64,000 nt of DNA from Mytilus edulis (lineage: Eukaryota): contig NC_092349.1 in assembly GCF_963676685.1 (NCBI RefSeq), positions 23,746,001-23,810,000 of the forward strand. Direction: 5' to 3'. Positions 33,791 through 46,199 of this stretch are shown here, one piece after another. The notes under the pieces were generated by a model. It made no database searches, was not told where the DNA came from, and was given only the letters and a program-made list of their open reading frames with translations. Positions within the stretch are counted from its first letter, which is position 1. Each line of letters opens with the position of its first letter. Made by a program: the position numbers and the translations under genes.

Positions 33791-35189
33791 TGCATCTGCA
33801 GAATAAAAATTCAAACTGGATATTTTATTCGCAAACAACAGAGCCATCTCAATGAGTTTATTAGTCCTTAAGAAATTGAAATTTATACATTCATGAAATA
33901 AGCATTGTACAACAAACATACAAATATGAATTCAGACAATATCTACACATTGAACTCTGTATTTTAACACTGAGATTGTTATTTCTAAATACTTGTTTAT
34001 ATGTTGTCGTATTGTTGTATACCCAATATCTTTTTATCATTTAGCTTTATATTTGAAACTACTGTCGCCTTGAGTGACCCATCGTTTGACAATGTGACAA
34101 AAATGTTTAATAATGATATGTATTGTGTAAAATGTAACAGTTGTATCGAAGATTATTCTTCATTTATATTTTTGCGATTATATATTGTAATATTAAGCCT
34201 TCTTTTTTAAGGCTGTTTCAAAGAACAAGAGTGTAAGAGTGACTTAATTTGCATGAATGTTTAGTTGAGCGATCTGTTATATTATTTATAATGAAAGGAT
34301 ATAATTTTTACCAAAACAAATATTTTCTTGTTTGATGTTATATAATGATTTTGACTACGAGAGGGAGATTATATAGTTCATGATATAGCTTCAAAGTCAA
34401 CTTGCTAAAGTCAAAATATCCTTATATGGGCTATTGCCCATTAACAATGAATGTGTAAGCAATGTTTGAGTTAATGTCTTGTATCTTAAAGACGTTTACA
34501 GGCAAAACATATTAGCAAGACTACATCTTAAAATTAATCAAATTTTGCTGAAATTGTTTGAAGACCCTTTATACGAATAGTTGTTCTTTAATGACTAATT
34601 TGCAACTAAATAAAAAATCAATTGACTTTCTTGATTTGGCACTTCACCATTTTCTCATACAAATTGCAGACATTTCAATGAACATTAAATATTTCGTAAT
34701 TCTTACACATTTTCTACCTTTGCATCCTTGGAGGTCGGGGTAATTCCTCGTAAGATGTTCGTACTGACAGTCTAACTTGAGTTTGAAAGACGTCCATAAT
34801 CAATTGTAAATATCCTTCTGTTTCTCAGTGTCGGACAATTGGCATTTATTGTAAAACTGATAGACATTAGTATTCACAGCATTTGGATTGACACTTTTAT
34901 TGTACAAACAACATCATACTGGAGTGTGACCTTAGTAGTGAACGTATTATTCAGATTGGATTCCGAAAGATTTCCGGATACAGATAAAGATATAAGATTG
35001 GACTCATATTTTGACAGTTAAGTTGACAGTAATATTTGTGTAAAACTTCTTGTAAACTTTTGTATAGTAAATATTGTTAAATTTTATTATTGATTTGTGT
35101 CTTTTGTTGGTTACAATTTAAAGGTAATTTCTGGCCGTAACACTAGATAAATATATGTCTTGTATATTATATATTTCTAAAAAAAAAAA

Positions 35190-38100
35190 GCAATCAATGC
35201 CAATAGGGTAAAAACAATTGTTTATGGATTTTGGTCCCATTTTGATTAGGTCCTTCATAATATCTGAATTAAAAATTCTTGTTTTTGGAATCTTTCAAAA
35301 TTGTAATGCGACAAAATCTTTTAAATCTTGATAGAACACTTTTTTTTTAATTTTATGCATTTTAAACATATGATACATGTACATAAAAAGTAAGTCAATG
35401 TGATTTACATGTGTGCTCTTTATTGACTTTTTTTTACTTGAAAATCATGTGTCGGAGCTCGGTGACTTAACGTAGACAGCCAATCATCCACATTGAAGTT
35501 GATGCATAATAGATGCACTGTGAATTCAAAGGTCAGCCCCAATACAAAATAAATAAAAACAAATTGAATGGATTAATTTTAAAGTCTGGAAACGTCTGGA
35601 GTAAGTCAGTTTATACTTTTCTTATATTGTGCATGTAATTTTCTATAATTAACCAATCATTTAACTGATATACCTAGTGATGATACCGAGTTGATTTTAA
35701 TATTTTGTTTTCATGTTGATTTTTGTTGAGGTGTGTGTGCTTATAATTTAGATTTTCTATGTAATGAAATTGTATCCTTTGCTGCAAAACATGCAAATTA
35801 TGTAAAAACTGTTTACTTGAAGTATTACATGTTTGTTACAAAAACCATGAAAAAAAGAAAAAAAAATCATTTCCTGTATGTATAGAATAAAACGACAAAA
35901 AATTACTTAGGTCATGTACTGTTATATTTCTACCAAAATTAGAAAAAGACACTTTTATGTAATAACGTGTCTTTTAAGAATTTAAAATTTCATAAAATGT
36001 TCTTTTAGCAATGATGATTTTTTTTTCTAATACCAGTACAGTAATAATGTAAATAAATGAATCAGCGTATAGAAATCATTTGTAGATCTAGACCAATTAT
36101 ATATATGATTGTATATTATATCAGTAGCGTGATATCTTAGAATTGTTTTCCTTGTGACCATCCATATAAAATATAAATAAAAGTTTGATAATTATTCAAG
36201 AAATGAACTAACACACTTGTTCTAGAAGAAATTATTATTGTATTGTGTTTTTTTTCTTCTGTTTTATTGATTAATAATGGTCACAACATGCACGCAATGA
36301 TCCATTCTCTCATATACTGTAATGGACCGAAAATAAGAAAAATACGACTGAAGATAAATATTTTTCACTAGAAAATTGTAAAAATAATTCATCTCTGTAC
36401 TTTTCTATAGTACTGGACAGGGTAAAACTTTACTCATGCCAAATATTCTTTATTTGAAACAAAGATAAATTCTGCACATTTTTTTTGAAAGTGCAAATTT
36501 AACAAAGACTAATAGGGGAAAATCAATGGTGGTATTACACCTTTAAGGATTTTGTCCCATTTTGAGTAGGTCCTTCAAAATATCTGAATTAAAAATTCTT
36601 GTTTTTTTAATTTCTTAAATTGTAATTCAACAAATTCTTGTGTATTTTGATAGAAATTTTGGGGGAATTTTATGCATTTTAAACAAATGATACATGCACA
36701 TAAAAAGTAAGTCAATGTGATTTACATGTGTGCACTTTATTGACTATGTTTACTTGAAAAGAGGGACGAAAGATACCAAAGGGATAGTCAAACTCATCAA
36801 TCTAAAACAAACTGACAACGCCATGGCTAAAAATGAAAAAGACAAATAGAAAAACAATAGTAAACATGACACAACATAGAAAACTAAAGAATAAACAACA
36901 CGAACCCCATGAAAACCATGTTTCAGAGTTCGGAGAATAAAGTAATCATCTGATCATCTAAAATAAAAAAAAACATAAAACGTAACTGTGAACTCAAATG
37001 TCTGCTCCAATAAACAATAGGTAAAAACAAAATATTTTTATCTATTGTTCATGTCCGGTTTAATTTAAAAGTTTGGCAACATCTGTAGTAATCCAGTATA
37101 ACCTTTTCTTATAGTTTGCATGTCATATCTATATATAACCAACCATTTAACTGATATAGCTACTGCTGATACCGAATTGATTTTAATATTTTGTTTTCAT
37201 GTTAACTTTTGTTGAGATGTGTGTGTTTAGAATGTATATTTTCTATGTAATGAAACTGTATCCTTTGCTGCCAAACATGCAAATTATGTAAAAACTGTTG
37301 GCTTGAAGTATTGCATTTGTGAAACGATAAGCATAAAGGATAGAAAACATCATTGTCTATATGTATTGAATAACATAAAATTCACTTAGACTGTACATTT
37401 AACATATTTTTCAAATTTAGAAGGGAAAAAAACCACTTTTACGTAATAACTAATGTATTTTTATAATTTATGATTTCATAAAATGCTCTATTAGCCATGA
37501 TGATTTTATTCTTAGAAACAATAAAGTAATAATGTAAAAAAGTCAATCAGCACATATAAATCATTTGTAGACTTAGACTTATTGAACGTACGTGTTTTGT
37601 ATTCCGACAGCGTAATATCCTTGCTTTCTTTGTGATCATTCCTATCTATTATATATATTATACAGTTTTGTTATTATTCAAGAGATGCACTAACACATTT
37701 GTTCTGGATGAATGATTATTGTATAATATATTTTTACTTCTTTTTTTAAATTGAGAATGTTCACAACATACACACAATGAACCATTTACTCCTATACCGT
37801 AATGAAAAGATTATTAGAAAGATACTGCTGTAGATATTTACATGCAAGAAAATTGAAGTAACATCTTCAGCAGCCGTGTACTTAAATATTTTTTTTTTGG
37901 CTTTTTGATTGTAACTTGAACATTTAAATTAAATTTCTCAATATCTATTTAAATAATCAATCCATACAAACAGGCAAAAATTATTTAATGGAATTTGGCT
38001 CATTTTGGGTAGGTCCTTGAAACAATCTGTATAAAAAAATCTTGTTTTTAGATAATTTAAATATTGAATTTTGACAATATTTATAAATTCTCAATGAAAA

Positions 38101-38960
38101 CTGTGGAATTTTCAAAAACTGGGAAATGATAGACTTTCATACATTTATTCTTTGTAATAAATATACGGATGAATTGATTTATATTTTTTTGTTCATTTGA
38201 TTCCGAGGGTTGATCAATTATTGCCTTTGATCTAAAGATGAACATTCAAACGTCCCTGACAGTTTTTTGTTACACATCTATCATTTTCAATACATTTAGA
38301 AGTTATTTAAATACCTTGGTTTCAGCTACCGAAGTCAATGCTTTTTTTTTAAATGACATGACTATGTGTAGGCCTCGTTTTGTCATATAGCTCTACATGT
38401 GTTTCTTTTCTGTCAATCAGCGCATAGAATCTTTTGTGATCTAGACTTATTAAATATATGTTTTATATATTCCAGTAGCGTTATATCTTTGTTGTTTACA
38501 TTGTGATCATACCTATATAACATATTTTAAACGGTTAAGTTATTATTCAAGAGATGCACTAGGACATGTGTTCTTGATTAACATGATTAAATGATTATTG
38601 TATTATGTTTTTTAATTCCTCTTTTTTGATTGAGAATGTTTATAACATGCATGCAAAATGCGCAATGGACAAGTTACTAATATATACTGTAATGAAAAGA
38701 AAGTAAGAAGAAACGGCAGCAGATATATATTTTTCACCTGCAAGAAAATTGTAGTAACATCTACAGTCGTATACTCTAATATAGTATTTATGTTTTGGCT
38801 TATTGGTTGTACCTTAATAAATATAATGACAGTCAAATTTATCAATATCTATCAAAAAAAATAATCTATACAAACAGGTAAAATTTTAATTTTCTATTGA
38901 TTTTTGGCAAATTGTGAGTAGGTCCTTATAATAATCTGAATTAAAATATTCTTGCAACAA
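35190..38960. repeat. Old tandem segmental repeat, ~3 diverged units of 0.9-1.45 kb
   Basis: The anchor TTTTGRxTAGGTCCTT...ATCTGAATTAAAA recurs near 35.24, 36.56, 38.00 and 38.91 kb with collinear flanks. Confidence 0.8.
36761..36909. mobile_element. Short retroposon/SINE-like fragment with a 6-bp TSD
   Basis: TGAAAA at 36755-36760 and 36910-36915. The paralogous unit at ~35435-35460 shows the empty site. Confidence 0.75.
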
Positions 38961-40914
38961 TTCGAGTGTTACAATCATGTCTCTTATGTCTTTAATGAAA
39001 GATGTGGAATTTATACTCTGGAAAGAAATCACAGAATCCAGGAAACAGTAAATTTTCATTGACGTGCAAGAATTATACTGTAGATGATAAATAATGTTTT
39101 AGTTTTTCATTAGCATATTCTTTTTCTAATAAACACATAATCAAACGATTCATTTATATTGGTTTTTTTACATTCGATTCCTATCTAAAGGGTTCATATT
39201 ACTAATTTTTGTTAAGACAAAAACCTCAAACACATGAAACAGTTGGTATAACTGTCATAGTCCTGACTTGGTACAGACATTTCCCTGTGTGAAAATAGTG
39301 GATTAAACCTACTTATATCTAGCTACACTTCTCACTTGTATGAAAGTCGAAGAAAACAATGTGTGATCAAAAGAAACAGACATAAATGGTAAAAAATGCC
39401 AAAATAGCGATACAACAGTCAGCATTACGTTATAATCTTCATTCGCAATAAAAACAAACAAATGTGTCAACAAAGAATCGAAAGACCAAGGATATTAGCA
39501 AAAAAAGAAAGACAAGAATACACAATTTACCATAGCACAATAACACAATGACGGGTTGTATAAGTACAGAGCCACCTCAAGTTGATATTACAAAAATAGA
39601 TTTAACAGTAAAAGTAATATACAAATGGGAAAAAAAAAATACCATAGCACTTTATGAAGATAAAAAAAACAACTTCAGTACTTAGAAACTATAATTAAAC
39701 ACCATTGTGCATTATTTGTGAAGTTTATACGTAATATTTATCAGCAAGGTCTTGGTACCTTCCGATGAATTGTTTTCATAAAATTAATGAGATGTTCTTT
39801 GGCATATCCCTGGGTCATCAACTTTCTGATCATACACTGAGTTTACAAAAATAATAAACCCTGCTTGCGATGCTTTGTGATGTTTTACAAAGTATTAGTA
39901 GCAGCTGAAAGCTCTAGAATACCGAAAAAGTTGAGAAATGTATATATATATATCTCATATGTATGAAGTGAAGTTGATATATTAGTACTAAGGTTAGGGA
40001 AATTGATAATACTAAAATGAAAATCGTCTCGTTTGTCAGGGATTCATTTACTGATTTACCGCGTATTTCGAGATTAAATTCTACACATAGATTGTGAGAA
40101 CGAATACCTTCAATATATCTGAGTAAGACATTAAAGATCTGACTTCTTTGATTCTCTTATTTTTGACAAGAATATCGAAAACACCTTAACGAAACTTTTA
40201 CACATATATGAGTGAATTTGCACTGGATAATAATGTCTGGATATATGAAGGAATAGAAGATGCTAAAAGAACACCTCTAGTTAATACGCCTATGTGTTGT
40301 ACAAGCCCTTCAGGTTAGCATCCATTGTGAGAAAACTTTAGCGAAGATTATCCGTTAGCAACTAATGAATTGTAATGGAAATCCATTTCACAGATGATAG
40401 CGAATATGTATCAATTAACATTACACAATCCAATCCCATTTCTCTCGTGTTTGACCTACAAAAAAAAGAGTCGATACCAGGTTTGTACTTATATGAACAT
40501 ATTGAGCAGGATACGCTAAACCTTAGAATTTGCTTGGTTTCATATCGCTCAGACTGAGTCTAGTTTCCTTTGTTGCGCTTAGTGTTCTGTGTTTTATCTG
40601 TTGGTCTTTTGTCTCTTTAGTCATAGCGTTTTCAGTGTATTTCGGACTTATGAGTTTGAATGTTCCTTTGTATCTTTTGCATCTCATTTAGTTTGAAAAT
40701 GTTGAACTGCTGATTCCATGTCTGGATTTTACTTTGATAGATTATGACATTATCTAGACATAATGGAATACTGGATCATGATAAACTAAGGAATGCACTT
40801 CATCTCTTTTTAGCACAAGCTTTCAGCAAAGGTTTTTTACGAAACTGTATTCATCTGTGTGTCAAAAAATGATTCTCTGGTATATAATTTAATTCGGAAG
40901 GTCACATTCATGAA

Positions 40915-41465
40915 GGGGAAGGTGATTTTAGTTACGACGTAAGAAACAAATCCGATTGCATTTGAGAAACGATTATTCCATAATTGTCAACTACCTCATG
41001 GTGGCGTCCGTAAAATTTACGAAGAAATGATTTCAACTTCATCCTTTGGAAATCGTGTTTAATAGCTTCCTTGTGAGCAGCAACTCTCTATCAAGAAAAA
41101 CATGATAGGAAATGCAAGCATGGGAATATCGTAACAATTGGGAGATATATCATGTATATACCCCGTATGCAGGTGCTGCTGGAATGTTGCTACTTTGTCC
41201 TTTTTTACCCGACGTAGATGTAAGTCAATATATGAGGCCGACTTAACTGTATCTGTAGTTTCCTTTATCTCTAGTTCAATGGGATAGATGCATTTGACAT
41301 AGTCACCAAATTTTGTATTATTTAGTAGGAGAACATCATCTATATAGCGGAAAGTAGAGATAAAGGATATTGCTTACTTCTTATCTTTCTTCCTAAGAAG
41401 TTCCTGTATGAAGTCCTCCGAGACGTAACAAATATGTTGTCAATCAAGAAATCAAACATACCAGT
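40915..41465 (-). mobile_element. Relic of a Penelope-like (Naiad-type) RT
   Basis: Minus strand FDFLIDNIFV...FRYIDDVLLLNN...IYPIELEIKETT...SNIPAAPAYGVY. Confidence 0.8.
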
Positions 41466-44400
41466 CACCAAACACCTATTATAGTGAACATTGATGCATC
41501 TGTTAAGGTCATTGCGATGGCTCGAATAAAGGAAATGAACCATTTTCTTTGCCTATTAAACTTAAAAAAACGGTTTGACCTGAAAGGCTTCCCTGGATAT
41601 TGAAAAATACATCGTTGATTCAAATATTATTAACTAGACCGCAGCGGTTCATGGTTTGCACACCCAAAGCAGCCTTTATTTGTGGCTCACTTCGAGAAAG
41701 CAATAGATGGAGAAAATCATGTCCCGGAAAGTACCCACCCGGTGGCTTAACACTCAAACATGAACTCATGACAGAGGATTTGACCTGATGTGTTTTAATA
41801 TTGTCCACGGACCAAACAACAATCCTGGCTGTTAATGATACTGCACACTTGAAGAATAAATCTAAGGTGCATATATCATAGTTGATTTTGCGTCTAGGTA
41901 GCAACTATATGGCCATATTGATGGAGGGGTACAGTAAGGTTACGATATAGGCCCGAAGATCAGCCTGAGATGAACTAAGGAAGGGATCAAGAGAAACTTA
42001 TGGAAAGCCAAAGTGCTGATCCGAAATATTTTGGGTGGATCAATGGAGAAGTACCTGAAGACTGCCATTTGAGGGGGACTTTTCTTGACCATGATGAAGA
42101 ACAATCGAAAGTGTTCACTTGAGACTTTATATGTCTTTTCCGATAACAGATTGTTGAAATCAGTACGCATTGATAATGATAGATTACAAAATAGGAGGAA
42201 TGTATTATAATTCCCAGAAAACAACCGTCTCTAGGTTTTTGAACAAAGACATCTAGATAATAAGGTCATATACAAAAGTGTATTATATTAATTTAAAACA
42301 ATAGTGACAATAAGTATTTGATATCTTTTGTTACCTTGATTCTCACCTTCATTTATAGGTGCAGAAAATACAGCCAAGAGATAGTTTAACAAGTTTCTTC
42401 TTTAGATGTATATCTATGGAACAAGTAAGCACAGTATTGACGTTCCAAAATCATCTAAAATGAATTCCACAATAAACCTTTACTAGGAATCAAACTGTAT
42501 TCTGAAATACAAAAACATTCATAGAAGATTTGTTTTTACCAACAGCAGTGCGATATGAATATTGATGCGGACCAGAGAAGGGTTTTGCTTGAAATTCGTT
42601 TAGATCTATTTTGAGGCGCCAGCAGCAGGACAAGACGTTTCTTTCAATACAGGGTTCTTTTGATATTTGTCCTAGAGGTGCACTGATGTTTCAGTTGTGT
42701 TCTGTCCCCCATTTATAAATTTGTATGGCCAAAGAGTCTTTTGCAATGTCGAAATGTTTAAAATAGATTTCCAATAATGCTGGATAAAGGCATGTTATAT
42801 GTGGTTCACACAGATCTTTCTACCACTCTTTTGAAATGCACAAACGTTATATGTCCGAAGTTTAACATTCATATTTACAATATGATCATAGGCTTTGGAA
42901 ATTTGTCGTGCTCTTTGTACATTAAGGACTAATACTGACATTCGAGATTTGCTAAACCTTCTCCCTACGAACATGTGCATTCCAGCCAAGGGTCAGAACG
43001 ACCTTATAACGTTCCCTCACAACAAAAGTCATTTGAGGTCTGAATTACTGATTAAAGTGACGTTATACAATTCTATGTTAATCTATCTTGCATAAAAAAA
43101 TAGCTTGCGTCATTTAGTTTGGGATTGAATGTTGTTAAACGAATAAAGACTGTTCATTATAAAACATATCTTTTTGAAGTTGTAAGTGTATCCTTAAATG
43201 ATTTATATTCCTATTAATAAAAATCTATTTCTTAGATTTCATCATGACATTGAAAAATTCAATTAAAAGTATGTTAGGAAATCATTTTGTTGTCTGCTTT
43301 GCATGTACTGAATTGAATGATGATGGCCTAAGTTATCACCTTTACTGGGGTACACTAGATGGTACTATTAATAGATACATATTTGTTCATAATTTTCTAT
43401 AAATTTCGTGAAGTTTTGACGAACGTTGTTCTTAGTATTACTTGAAAAAAATACATCATTTAAAACTACAAACTACCCCCTTTTTATGAAGTCGCATACG
43501 TTTGTTCGGAAATCTCATTTAATGATGGGTTTCCACTTTCTTAATGTAAAATTTAATAAGGAAGAAAGGAGATTCAAGTTTTCGATCATTCTACTGTAGA
43601 AAGGGTATTTAAGTTGGAGTGAGATATGTAAAATTTTGTTTTTCCTTGAAAACGATATGTGACCTTTGATCAAATTTCTAAATAAAAACTGTACCTTATT
43701 TTCTTTTGACTACCAGAAGAATTTCAAAGTACACATAATTCCGTGTCCAATGATATATGATATTGCCGTGTTCCATTTTTGAAGATTAAAATTTCATAAT
43801 TCCGACTTTGGTCACCGGCTTATGACTAAAGGCTAATGCATGTATAGCATGAAACGCTTACTCTGTTGATGCATTGGACTTGTTTCCTTTGAAATTAATG
43901 CGATTTTATCAATACTTACGTGTTACCTTTGTTTGTTTGAAAATAAGAACACTACCGTCATCCACAATCACACTGTGTCATGTTTGGGGTTTCATGGTTC
44001 AATAAATGATACGGTGTTAATCATTCTAGAGGATGTTTCCTGTACAGTAACAGTCACAGATAAACTTTACATATGAATATTGTTCTTTATATTCTTCTTG
44101 TGATAACAACATACGTACGACGAATATAACAACTCAATTCAACCATAAAAAAAAATAAAAAATGTTTGCAACAAGAATATTGAATCAGATATCCCGTCCG
44201 ATCAAAGAACAGTATTGTTGTTGGTGTTGCAGTGGAAAAGATGTGAAGACTTTAACTATGGTAAGATGAGATTTAATACTAGTTACTAAAAAGTTTCGAG
44301 TTATGTAATAAATCAATATGTATAAAAAGGACTTGCTTCAGGAAGATTGAATATTTTTTTTTAATACTTTTTTAATTTACCTCTTAAAATTTTTCTGTGC

Positions 44401-45229
44401 GAGTCAAACGTTTCGGATAACATTCTGCTTAGCTTATCGTGATGATCATATTGAAATCAGCTAAAGTTGTCTCAAAAGGTCCAGGTCCATATTTTAAAGG
44501 TAAAACCGATAAAATCGAAAAATCATGTATGGGTATTCTATGAAATTAAAATGATAAAAGGCACATTTCTTGTTATTATTATTATTATTATAGGCGATGT
44601 GTTAATCGTAACAATTTTAAATAAGCATAAGTTCAAGAGTAAATGTATCGTTTATATGTTCATCATGTTTTAAAGACAATTACCTGCAAATACTGGGAAC
44701 CAATAATTATTCATGTCTTTGATGAATAAATGTCTCATACTTTCACGCAACGAAATCTTGATAACAATACTAATATCGTATAATCTTTAATGCAATAGTG
44801 ACCAATAGAGCAGTACTTTCAATTACATTGACAATTTTTGTCAACTTGATTTAAACCTTTTATTATACTTGTTCACGAGTAATGAACATGATACTCTTTG
44901 TTAAGCATTCAAGGTTCTGCACGTGATATAGTGTTATTTCAATATCAAGAAGGCGTACTTACAGTAACTTTTGTTGAAGTTATTTGATTTATAGCTGTCA
45001 TTCAAACTGCGCACTACTATAAAACGAACGACGGCTTACCAAAGTAAACTAGCATACAGTCTACCAACATGCTAGATATACAGATAGACAGACACATAGA
45101 CAGGTGAGTTAACATTTAATGGGGACTGTATATGATTTATCAAGACATACGGGTATTATATTTATCTAACGACATACTTTCGCAGCCTTAGTTCTGTAGA
45201 TACAAGTAGAAGTCTGATCTCACTATTTT

Positions 45230-45730
45230 AAAGATCAGTCTGTGTCAATCATTTCTTATACCTATAACAAACCATTTGCAATCAAATTTACAATTAAACA
45301 CACGTTTTGTAGGATTCCAATATTGATGACTTCAAGTTTAAACCTCCTGACTGCACCTGTTCTAGTTTCCAATTCACATATCATGCGGCTGCCGACGTTA
45401 TTACCGGTTACCTCAATATTGAGGTAGACACTCTTTTCGAATGGATACAGGTTGATAAAAATTAAAATTAAGAAACAAAATAAGTTTATCTATACTCATG
45501 CTACATTGTGTACGTCAATCGTTAATGTCCTTACTCAATGACAAGTATGTTGTTGTCCCTTGGATAAAGCCCAAATTAACAACGTGTTTGTGTGTAAATT
45601 ACATTCAATAAACTGCTTGATTAATAAGGTATTGACAATTCATGTAAAATTTCCAAATATACCCTTACAACACTTTCTGGATAAGCACATGTCTGTGTTA
45701 TTTCCTTTGGAATTTGAACCAAAGATTAAG
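45230..45730 (+). mobile_element. Naiad relic with CxC linker and Cys-encoding codons
   Basis: IISYTYNKP...KPPDCTCSS...VITG (TGC ACC TGT), then YVVVP.DKA..NNVFVCK. Confidence 0.75.
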
Positions 45731-45835
45731 AACTGGATTTTTGAAACAACTTTAAATAAAGTTAATATTAAAAATCCTTTATTCAGTCTTGATATGATTA
45801 TACATGTATCATATTCGGAAACTCAATACCAAAAT

Positions 45836-46180
45836 GTATGACAAAACAGATGATTTTTTATTTTCTATCATTAATTATCTATTTTGTTCCCTTGTCACTA
45901 TCATATGATGATAATAAATCCCAACTATTAAGGTTTGCTCGTTTGTGTGCAACGTATACGTTTTAAGTGAGAGAACTTGATGTATTACTGAAAATTTATT
46001 ACACCAGGGTTTTCTATATCACAAACTTTTCAAAACATTTGCTAAATTTTATTAGCGGTACACCGACATCATTCGTAAATAAAATTGAACATGCAGACAA
46101 CTTTTACGATTTGGTATTGAACTTTGTATGTTGATATTTTTTACAAAACACTACAATGTCGGTTGTCGGTTTTCACCTCA
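45836..46180 (+). mobile_element. Relic of the Naiad RT 3' region, closely related to 23910-24260
   Basis: TGTATTACTGAAAATTTATTACACCAGGGTTTTC...AAACATTT.CTAAATTTTAT...GACATCATTCGTAAAT is shared with the 21.5-25 kb element. Confidence 0.75.
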
Positions 46181-46199
46181 AAAGTAAAACACGTCCGAA

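Noticed and set aside
34620-35141. Possible solo LTR or LTR-element 5' fragment (TGTTACGG start on the minus strand)
   Set aside because: No second end, TSD or recognisable coding motif could be identified.
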